NCBI RefSeq assembly: GCF_040938485.1
Contig: NW_027272208.1
Span: forward strand, 248,001-312,000
DNA: 64,000 nucleotides
Direction: 5' to 3'
From: Diadema antillarum
Lineage: Eukaryota
The translations under genes were made by a program, and so were the position numbers. Position 1 is the first letter of the stretch; every line of letters starts with the position of its first letter. Below are positions 53,951 to 61,380 of this stretch, piece by piece. The notes beneath the pieces were generated by a model, which had not been told where the DNA came from, ran no database searches, and saw only the letters and a list, made by a program, of their open reading frames with translations.

Positions 53951-56900
53951 AAATTGGGAAACCTGAAGCTCCATCTCAACCAAAGCTTTACTATCCCTTC
54001 GATTTGTTCCTTAAGACCTGAAAGTCAGTTGGGAAAGCAAATCATCAAGTAGCAGCTCTCGAGCCAACAAATTCTCAGAAGAAAAGACAGGCAGTAGTTG
54101 TAGCTCCTACTGATGATCTTGATATACACTTGTACCAGCAAAGACAGAAAAATTGGATAGTGGAAATAGAATAACTAATGGTCAGACAAAGCAGAACGTG
54201 ATGAGGTTCCATCTGAACAAGAGTACATGTATGTATCATGGTCAAAAAGATGCACACATGTAAGTCATCCAAGGTCAGGGAAACCAAAGGAAATATGTTA
54301 AATACTGTACTAACTACTATACATGCTTTTACATACAACCACAACAGAGGCTCATTCTTTGCACCCTGACAGATATCTGGATCTTCTTATATCAAGGGAA
54401 TGCAGGCAAACTTTAATCTAATCTTAGGGACTAAGCATTCCTTAGTACCCTCCCAAAAACTAAACAAAACAAAACAAGGATAAACAGAAATATTCACAGG
54501 AAAAATGTAGAGGTCTCAGGTAACATGGGTAGTTGCATCTTTTCTAATCTGAACGTAATTTACAGGTCTTACCATTTTTGTGCATTTATGCAAGAAGAAC
54601 ATGCAAGAAAAGCAGGATAATCTCACCTCTTTACATGAATCAAAGACAGGAAGTCCACATGAGACCTGGCCACTCTTTCCTGGGGTAACACCACCTACCA
54701 TGTTGGTCCCATACTCAATGGCTTGTGTGGTGTGGAAAGCACCCTGTAAATATGGGAGTAATAGAATCAATATACAATGAAAGTGGTGATTTTTAAAGAA
54801 AAATGTATGATTAGCACCTGTTTTACAATAAACAAGGTATAACATGACGCAAAACTTTAATTGGCAGTATGAACTGTGATTATAACTGGCAAAATGACTG
54901 TTACCTTTATCTTCTGATGCAAAATCAGTATTCTTTTCAGAGAAAGAGGGGTATGGGATGGTTATGGATGAAGTACACATATATAAGAGTCAACATTCAA
55001 GCATAGGGGATCATTTTGTATAATTTGTAAACTTAGTAATCTGCCAACTGTGCTTTCACTGAGGTCAAAGCTAAATCCAAAGTAAATTCTCTGAGTAAAT
55101 AAGCATGCATTACATAGAGAACATAATGCAAGTCAAATACAGCATTTAGAACTCAGAAAACATAAACACTACAAAATTAGTGTAAAAAAGAAAAGAAAAG
55201 AAATGATAGTTCAGTGATAAGCCAGTGAAATCGTTGTCTTGCATCACCACAGAAATAACCACTCACCTGCTTTCCTGTAATGCCTTGGCAGATGACCTTT
55301 GTGTCTTTTGTGAGGACTAGATTTGCTCTTGACTGTGTGTAGCAGCTTCTAGCTCCAAACTTGGAAAAGGCTAGGTATAATTTTGAACAGCAATGTCAAA
55401 CTGTCATAATCACACATAATTACACATATGAAACAGAACAAGAGCTTACAAATAGAAGTGGAATCATCACATACATGTCCACAGTTCAGGAACTATTCTC
55501 ATTCTCTTGAATTGATGACTACACAATACTTGATGCAATTATCCCTTTATGAAACTCAGCTCATGTGCATATGGCATGGGATTTGGGATGATTTAGGCTG
55601 TGTGCTATGATCTATAAGAAGGTGCCATTTCAACTGATTTGGTTGGTGTATCATTGGGCTCAGATATCATAGAATACCATACATAACTTGGTACATGAAA
55701 AAGATTGTCCTAACATAATTAAGCAATATTTCTTCAACATCATGATCATATTATGACACTAGAGAAGCACTCTGAGAGCACAGACCTCCGCAAAGCAGCT
55801 CATTTCCGGCAATCATCTTGTTCTTCCATAGAGATCAGTGATTTCCACCCATAAGTATGCATGCTAAAAGTCACCCGGATTCCCAATATAAAAGCCTTTT
55901 GTTACGTCATCAACCCTCAGCTGCCCGGCGTGCCCCGCAGTTAGAGCACGCACTTTAGTATGCGTATGAAAACCTCAAAAATGCGCAGCTTGAACTCCCA
56001 AGTTCATTGACCGTACCTGCCAAACTATCAAAAATCCTTCATAAAATCCATTCAAGTTTCCGCATCACTACCAAAATGTTAACATCTGTTCCTTGTGCGA
56101 TTGTGTCATTCTCAACCTTTCCTGCAACATGCCAGTTTCATCTAAATCCGTTCCCAACTTTTTGAGTTATTTTGCACACGGACAAACAAACAAACGGTAT
56201 GCGGTAATGAAAACATATTACCTCCTCCCTTGGCAGAGGTAATTACAAAAGTGTTAAACTGTGTTAGAACTTGTGAACTTGGATTTGGACGTATTTACTT
56301 TAAATCATCTGCATATATCCACTGCACTGCACTGTGTGAGGGAAGCACACTGTCATCACTGACTGCACTGTCAGACTCACAGACATGTTGCTCACACACC
56401 CTACACGAACCTCAATCACTGGGCACTTATCACTGTCAGTTCAGTCACTGCGAACAGGTACAACGCCAAACGGTAGGTAGCTAGGCGAACTAAATCTAAT
56501 TCACATGTAACACATCAACACATCATTGAACTGCCCTCTGTTGAGCAGTTCAAGAGAGCCAAAGAAGCCAATTAAGCATGGCAGAGATTTTTTACTTGCA
56601 CAGTGAGCACCTGTAAATATATCAGTCCGGGAAACCCGCTCATGAGGACCGCTCCCACGTACGAGGACTGCCCCGCCTCATGAGGACCGCCCCCACGCCT
56701 CATGAGGCCCGGGGGGGAACGCGTCATGAGGCCCCCTATTCACTTCTATTCATCTCACATCTGACGTATAAATTGTCGCAACTTTGCACGGTGATTTTTT
56801 GTTACACACACATGTCCACTATCCATGATGAAAAGAAGAAAAAATCCTATCTGTTTTTTTCTTTCAAAAATCGAGTTTTAATCAACCGATGCAGAGCGCC

Positions 56901-57648
56901 CATCAAAACACACGTGTTTTGATAGGCTTGCCAAAACACGTGTGTTTTGATGGGCGCTCTGCATCGGTTGATTAAAACTCGATTTTTGAAAGAAAAAAAC
57001 AGATAGGATTTTTTCTTCTTTTCATCATGGATAGTGGACATGTGTGTGTAACAAAAAATCACCGTGCAAAGTTGCGACAATTTATACGTCAGATGTGAGA
57101 TGAATAGAAATGAATAGGGGGCCTCATGAGGCGTGGGGGCGGTCCTCATGAGGCATGGGGGCAGTCCTCATGAGGCGAGGCAGTCCTCGTACGCGGCGCG
57201 GGAGCGGTCCTCATACAAGTCATAGAGCGGGTTTCCCGGACTGATATACACATTTGAAAGAGCACAAAGCACAAATGGCATCCACTGTCTGAAGCACCAC
57301 ACCACAAACCCTCATCCGGTTGCTGAACAGGCTTTGATGAGAAGCACCATAGAAGTAGAAGAAGTAACACTCAGTTGAGACTTGAGAGACCTTTCATGAC
57401 AAAAGGCACAACAACCAACACAATTTCCAGTACGCAGGACCACACTATCTATCACTCACTGGCAGCATGGTTAAACACATAAAAACAATTATACATTCAA
57501 GATTTTGTAATTGCTCAGTCCAGGGACATCTACAATATTCTCATGTAACCTCATAACTGTCTTGTCGGTGATGAGGGATGCATAGATCTACTTCAAGACA
57601 GCTATACTCACCATGCGAACGAGCGAAAAGTCTGCCGGCGGCCGCCAT
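39761..57648 (-). CDS. SUCLG1: Succinate--CoA ligase subunit alpha, mitochondrial, 8 coding exons, ~326 aa
   Basis: Exons: 57612-57648 ([12 protein letters not shown]), 55267-55370 ([12 protein letters not shown]), 54627-54743 (GGVTPGK), 53520-53732 (ITEGIP...GPNCPG), 52565-52706 (SRSGTLTYE), 51610-51761 (GIGGDPF...IGEIGG), 51149-51337 (RRMGHAGA, phospho-His motif), 39761-39787 (EMQKAGKA*; ttatttctgcAG acceptor). The last intron is ~11.4 kb because of the LTR insertion. The short last exon is the least certain call. Confidence 0.94.
40747..42729 (-). repeat. 3' LTR of the Gypsy element
   Basis: Direct repeat of 49048-51030. I noticed only two differences by eye (40870 C vs 49171 T; 41328 A vs 49629 G); this was not an exhaustive alignment. 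Confidence 0.97.
42730..42741 (-). other. Polypurine tract
   Basis: Minus strand AAAAGGGGAGGA directly abuts the TG of the 3' LTR. Confidence 0.9.
42772..47490 (-). CDS. pol: Pol polyprotein (aspartic protease, reverse transcriptase, RNase H, integrase), probably made by -1 frameshift from gag
   Basis: The frame is open upstream of the supplied ORF start (47259) and includes [10 protein letters not shown] (protease). It then contains RT ([14 protein letters not shown]), RNase H (HVDAS...SEKNY...LEFLALKWA...TDNNPL) and integrase (H-X3-GH...CPRC; [16 protein letters not shown]). No in-frame stops over ~1570 codons. Confidence 0.95.
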   Translation of the reverse strand, partial: GKRERAPGKGKPRAPKLDSPPIVSKVEVSKNDVPEGLVGDAINPKCWIDGKETKCHLDSGSQVTLIHKSLFDTLDRELHGLSDLVLYHGGDGTMPYLGWAYVNIGFERSFAGTGTEFSTLALVVPDPQRPCDHRVIIGTNSGLFRHCFESCRRMAGARFAQSLQISATCRDIYASISKQEKVSPDGKLGTARTKKGHSTQIPPHSKLIMTAQIRNPLKEEMTVFVESNPHSKLPSGLHIAPGVQKLSGGAIGKVRVLVTNSSPEPITVPGNCPIIDAYVPDKCFPTPSSFPTQPHSYTKATHSQVSANVGDNTPSPQVDVSELPINWGPISPEWKERLLSQCRQRSDVFSRHEFDLGSTGYAEHQICVNDDTPFRERSRRVPPSDLRDLQQHLQQLLENNIIKESKSPYASPIVLVRKKNGTLRMCVDYRTLNSRTIPDQYTVPLIQEAIDSLSGSKWFSVIDLKSGFYQIPMRGSDKEKTAFTCPLGFYQFERMPQGVKGAPATFQRLMEKCMSGLNMLEVLVYMDDLIIFSKTLEEMEERLARVLDRLQQFGLKVSPEKCQFCCQSVRYLGHVVSEAGVQTDPDKVADVRTWPRPQTVRHVKSFLGFAGYYRRFIKDYAKISRPLNALTSGCVYPRKRGRPPPKKVPSPDARKASDPLGDAWTEECERAFQVLKHCLVTAPVLAFADLSKPFVLHVDASRDGLGGVLYQDHGGKLRPVTYGSRGLSHSEKNYPAHKLEFLALKWAVTDKFRDYLYAAKGTRVMTDNNPLTYVLTSAKLDATGHRWLAALSCFDFSIHYKPGKTNIEADALSRKPHPPSLDKEFEDRQQCKISDLEARLHETSDSGEKVSTLSAFCQTHYVSANSPHRSQPYVETLCASAESIPGLYAKGSDLNVVDWAQAQKADPQLKLVRDYVERGERPQSYTGLSREVALILREFDRLVLCKGVLYRTFTDSLGNRHHQLVLPAQRRVEAMRGIHDSVGHLGIEKSIALARDRFYWPKMSADITEWVKHCPRCIARKTPPKPAAPLVSIHTTSPLELVCMDFLSLEPDRSNKKSILVVTDHYTRYAQAFPTKDQTAATVAKVLWENFFVHYGLPQRLHSDQGRDFESKVIHELSRLLGIKKSRTTPYHPQGDPQPERFNRTLLDMLGTLEEEKKANWSKYVSALVHAYNCSRNDSTGFSPYFLMFGREARLPVDLRFGTSPDNFTGTDHVKYVSGLRDQLTRAYKLASAASGKSASANKVRYDAKVRANGLKPGDRVLVRNVGLTGKQKLADRWYANPFVITKRLNPDMPVYEVAPEDGIGRTRTLHRNLLLPIEYLNEAPAHNSETQKPGKKRSPADRTRSKKSIAPPREEESDSSDSSDEEITLLFDVRKHINRPHSGFNVNAPEFFPSQPPNIPSETTSETPEQVNTADVVSDTGVSGGSVLSPDPITEETSTDSDFENHAGGDISIDATVTSSSSGRVTPDDAVPDLRGESTEEESRHTSPLPLDTESRGNTPHTSAEPEAEQVQNTDQAIDSEPAPQSIRRSTRSSRPPLRMQYDTLGEPSGARQATSSGFFADLKRKIFGFD
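47439..48872 (-). CDS. gag: Gag (PNMA-like capsid domain plus CCHC zinc knuckle), ~477 aa
   Basis: Open frame from ATG 48872 (MAGKSL...). YRKLRCFSG...[12 protein letters not shown]...[14 protein letters not shown]...LDLAFG resembles the PNMA/Gypsy capsid pattern; [14 protein letters not shown] is a CX2CX4HX4C knuckle. Confidence 0.92.
   Translation of the reverse strand: MAGKSLKQIGQDWCKKEEIRVENALLLATGVKTVPTEVFALALSELYPTLLEVLRWDDPDTGETLLLCEFENAVAMLGLQAQIVIPVDGETMCRVVRLDGLGPVRGNRVSVKDLRERGLVREWRKAGRRAQEVQSQDIPTTNNLPPPSPGISEPSMSFPDRDIPILAASLVRCGLTTGYRKLRCFSGAKTAARDEDSYPIWIEHVESQMEEWQTLDDAERRKRIRESLRPPASSIITDLRRENPQACSADYLRALDLAFGDTDTDDELFVRFHQTVQAEGESPSEYLSRLQEVMRHVVRRGVVKPHDANKVRLRQFIRGILYHEMLLVNLQLRERLEKPPSFLELLSSVRKQEGEERVKKSLSAPRPPVSTKPKQAAHRKVEPSILPPQTASQPHVLPQPEPPPAPQPTNNPPKSQSSQQNNTGVLCFKCGEEGHISRNCQNSVPPDVLNKRLVNYILGNQGNEKGRLGRGNQGPQN
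47457..47490 (-). promoter_or_regulatory. Predicted -1 ribosomal frameshift signal (two G GGA AAC heptamers plus stem-loop)
   Basis: GGGAAAC at 47484-47490 and 47457-47463, both in X XXY YYZ phase with gag. Pol is in the -1 frame and overlaps the gag 3' end; a GC-rich stem follows the first heptamer. Confidence 0.7.
49026..49042 (-). other. Primer-binding site complementary to the 3' end of tRNA-Pro
   Basis: Minus strand reads TGGGGGCTTGTCCGGGA, 5 nt inside the 5' LTR end. The complement of the eukaryotic tRNA-Pro 3' end (...TCCCGGACGAGCCCCCA) is TGGGGGCTCGTCCGGGA: 16/17 match, with the mismatch a G:U wobble. Confidence 0.9.
49048..51030 (-). repeat. 5' LTR of the Gypsy element
   Basis: Direct repeat of 40747-42729 at offset 8301, TG...CA ends. 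Minus strand shows TATAAAAG (49698-49705), two CCAAT boxes upstream of it, and AATAAA at 49135-49140 and 50717-50722. Confidence 0.97.
53890..53946. repeat. (CA)n microsatellite
   Basis: Directly visible. Smaller tracts: (GA)n near 13145-13165, (TG)n near 14191-14212, (GTTT)n near 30250-30282. Confidence 0.9.
55757..56242. mobile_element. Interspersed repeat with subterminal inverted repeats (Helentron-associated HINE-like, tentative)
   Basis: ACCTCCGCAAAG near the left end and CCTTGGCAGAGGTAA at the right end, preceded by (CAAA)n and GAAAACAT. Classification is from remembered architecture only. Confidence 0.5.
56622..57244. mobile_element. 623-bp shorter member of the same foldback family in SUCLG1 intron 1
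   Basis: Same termini TCAGTCCGGGAAACCCGCT...AGCGGGTTTCCCGGACTGA with TA flanks. The ~300-bp arms are nearly identical to the outer parts of the 34405-35795 arms; centre near 56930. Confidence 0.88.
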
Positions 57649-58098
57649 TTTATCTTGACACAACCCAAGGATCGAAGTAATTAATATTCAAGTCGTTTGG
57701 TATATATTTTTAAAAGATATAGTCACGTATAACCGTCTCAGTTCATTAATAAGACAGTGTTTTCCTGCAAACTGTAGATAGCACACATATAAATAAATGA
57801 CAGGGGATAAAAATGCCTGAACATTAATTGTTACCAGTATTTCAGATTATAATTTTTGTAATAGATAACAGTCAGCTTTTATAGCGGCTATTGACCTCAC
57901 TCTGTTCTTTGTATGTTTTTTACCGGTGTAGTGCCTAGTGGCCCCCAAGCGTACATCTGACATGGTGTCCACTGCTTGCATGCACGCTGTCAATTCCCGG
58001 TACTAATCCTTCGTTTTCAACCTCAGTGCACCTGGGTAAATCTACTACCTACTGCTTGCTGCTCGTTTGCCAGGTATCTGCATCCCTTGGCTTCGAAA
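57649..58098. promoter_or_regulatory. Probable bidirectional promoter of SUCLG1 and MED28
   Basis: Divergent ATGs 450 bp apart. A YY1-type AAAATGGCGGC motif overlaps the SUCLG1 start (57641-57651) and AAAATGGCT overlaps the MED28 start. Confidence 0.6.
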
Positions 58099-60850
58099 AT
58101 GGCTTCACATAGTGGATCTAGTGGTGACAGGCACTTGGTTGATGAACTCGAGTCGGCTTTTAAGGTCAGCTGTTTAATTTCATATTTCTTATGTTTGTTG
58201 CATCCAAACATGCCAAACGACATCATCTCTGCTCTGGTGAATCTTGACAAGTTGACATGCAACATTGCAACCATCCGGTCTATCACTAGATCTAGTATCA
58301 GATTATCGTCGTCAATTTCAAACACAGAAATCAGAATATTAAATGATATTGAGTTTGTGTTCTTCATGTAAAATACCTTAAATTAACTCTTAAGATATGG
58401 CTATGCTACTAATTTTCCCATGCCATTTTTTTTTTCATAATCACCTTGTTTTGTCAGTGATCTAACGTTAATACTTTCGCATATAATTTGCTCATATTCA
58501 CTTGTAAACTTATTCTGATATCTAAATATAATCTATTTATAGGATTAGAAATAAAGATTGAATTGAATGGAATGGGATTAATTTTGACTTATTGTGATCA
58601 TTAAATCAACTCGTACAATATTTATAATATACTCATTAATCTTTCTCAAACTGTAGTACCATAGTTATAGGTAAACTCGGCCTAGCGGGTAAAGTCGGCC
58701 GCCAGCGCGCACAGTACATAAAATTGTACTGTGCGCGCTGGCGGCCGACTTTACCCGTGGGGCCGAGTTTACCCATATCTACTGTATACTATATTATATA
58801 TGTCTATTGTCGACCCAGTCTTTTTTAACCTCTTGACCCTTGTGTGTGAAGGAGATAATGATACATTAATATACCTTTGCAAAAGAGTAATAAGATATTC
58901 AATCGTTTAATGTAAATTTACTGTCTGTATTTCGTATTGCCCGATTGGTGAGTGTCTCAACATCTCATATTAACAATCGATATCTTCATTATATCAAAAG
59001 TGTTATGTAGATGTAACTATTACTTGTTAATTGCAAGTAAAGGTAGATTCCAACAATAGAATACATTGTAAGAAATGTTGCACTGATCAGGTGTGGTTAG
59101 TTGATTGTGGCATTGGTTCGTTTGCATTGAAGCAGACAGATTTCAGAGGAATAAACTCTTTGTTTGTGTTTTCCTTTCATATACAGGCTTGCCTCTCATC
59201 TCTTGTGGCTCCAGAAGCTGTTCATGTTCATGATCACATAGAATTGAGGGCAAGTAAGTCATCAGGAGTAATAGTATGTGACGCGGCAGATGCCGTGGAA
59301 GGAATCAATGACCAATCAATGTTAACTTTTACAAGTCATTTTTGTCAGTGCTTTTGTTTTGGGCAGCAGCATCGAGCTGTGGACATAATTTGAAATACGC
59401 GATATAAGTCGGTTGGATAGTTGTTTGCATCAAAGGTGTCTATGGGTGTATTTGGTGTTCTTTCTTGTGAACCTGAAGAAGTTTGTCTTTATCTTTGTTG
59501 AATTATATATACTGTATTTTGCATTTCATGTCTTGTCATGAAGATACCATGTGCATGAGTTTGCAAGGCTATTGTGTGACAACTGCTCATGCATTGAATG
59601 TGAAGATCTTAAGTGATACAATTTACTGGTCTCCAAGTAGTAAACTCTTTCACAGATTGCTGAGCAAAAAAATAAAAAAGAAATAATAATAATCAATCAA
59701 TCAATTAAAAAAACATTAACTATTGTTTGATTTCTGTACTAGGGTGTGCATAAAAGCAAAATGTCTTATTTTTGCATAGTGCTTTTGTATCTGTTCATGA
59801 AAGTTTAAAATAATGATTGAATCAGTATGAAAATCTTTCCAGTTTTTATTTTTTGCATTATGCTTCTTCAGCATAGTTTGAACATGATACTGATATCACT
59901 GCAGAAGTCTCACCTGACTGTCTGGTTCTGTCTTCTTTATGCAGGCTTCTAAACATCTGATCATAAGAATGACATCTGTATGAATTATTAATTTGTGGTT
60001 TCATTGCATCGTAGGTGTTGACCAGTCCATTCAACGTTTTCTTGAGCTTGCCAAAGAAACAGAGAACTTCTTCCTGCAGCGACAGATGCTGATGGCCATA
60101 ACAAAGCCAGAAAATGTGATCAAGGAGGTATGTGATCTTGAGGGCAAAACAATTACCATAAACTCTGTGACAATTTTTTAGCCCGTTATTTTCCCCCTGA
60201 ATGTGCATGGAATGTCAGTAAGTGCCCCACAGATGAAAATGTTTATTCTTTAATATTTGATGTTAAAAAGTAAATGTTGTCAAAGACAAATGGAGCCATC
60301 CATTTTCTATGAGCTTCTTTTTGTCATAGACCTCCACAATACATAAAATTGAGATGTCATCACTACCTTGATATACATGTCCTAGTGTTACGTATGTAGA
60401 GGATGTCCCGTCCTGTATTTCATCTTTGTTTTGTTTTGTTTGTTTTGTTTTTGCCAGGAGATTGACGAGCTGAAAGCAGAGCTGTCCAGGAAGAATGCCC
60501 TCCTCCAGAAACAGCTGACGAAGGTCAACAACTGGCTGACCATCCTCCAATCTCTGGAGTGCAGCGGCCCGCCACAGCCGCAACATCCGCAGCAACTTCA
60601 CCACGCCCAGATGCAGCAGCAGCAGCTGGCGCGGGGTACCATGGCGATGACGATGGGTCCGCCTTCTGGCATGCCGCAGTCTCAGCAGGGCACCAGTGGT
60701 GACTACCAGGGACAACATCACGGGGCCGCTGGTGTCGGTGGTGGGGAGGCCGCAGCCAACATGATGGGGACCACACCCCTGTCGGGACCTCTTGCCCACT
60801 TGGAGCAGGCAACATCCAGTATTGGAGGCAGTGGGTTTGATAGGAGGTGA
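58099..60850 (+). CDS. MED28: Mediator of RNA polymerase II transcription subunit 28, 4 coding exons, ~212 aa
   Basis: Exons 58099-58164 (...LVDELESAFK), 59187-59253 (ACLSSLVAPE...), 60015-60127 (VDQSIQRFLELAKETENFFLQRQ...KPENVIKE), 60458-60850 (EIDELKAELSRKNALLQK...GPLAHLEQATSSIG...stop). Matches the recognisable MED28 pattern LVDELE/GVDQ.IQ.FL.IA...E.FFLQ/LA.LEQA. Introns are GT-AG and phases are consistent. Confidence 0.92.
58670..58773. repeat. 104-bp GC-rich palindrome (mini-MITE-like) in MED28 intron 1
   Basis: 49-bp arms with a 3-nt mismatch and a 6-nt loop. Confidence 0.8.
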
Positions 60851-61196
60851 GATTTGTGCACCTGTTCCCCATAACAAACTCAAGCACATGACTCATTTGG
60901 AATGAATGTGGATCATTACTTCTTGATCAGCACTACATGCCTGGTTGGTACCGCTTGCTCACTACAGCTAGTCATCGGGGTTGAGTCTTGTGGATTTGAT
61001 GTCAAGTGACCAGACGATATCGCCACATTTGCATCTTGCTCTGCTTTACGTGCGCAAGTTGTGTCTCTCTCACACGGGACCTCTATATGATGTGTTATTT
61101 GATGGACACAGTGTTTTGCCTCATATCAGAGTGGATAACATGATAACACACAGTATTGCAGATGTAAGTCCACAAGATCCAACGTGAACTGTTATA

Positions 61197-61380
61197 CAGT
61201 GGACTCTTATTATAACGAAGTCCTCGGGACCAGCAGTTTTCTTTCGCTATATTGAAATTTCATTATATCTGAACAAATAAACTATAAAAAACATAGAGAG
61301 GATAATGTTTGGGCCTTAATTTTTAATTTGTTGTAACCAAATTTTGCTATAGCTGTGTTAGTTATAACTGGAGTACACTA
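61197..61380. mobile_element. Tc1/pogo-type MITE, family B
   Basis: TA|CAGTGGACTCTTATTATAACG ... TATAACTGGAGTACACTA. Confidence 0.65.
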
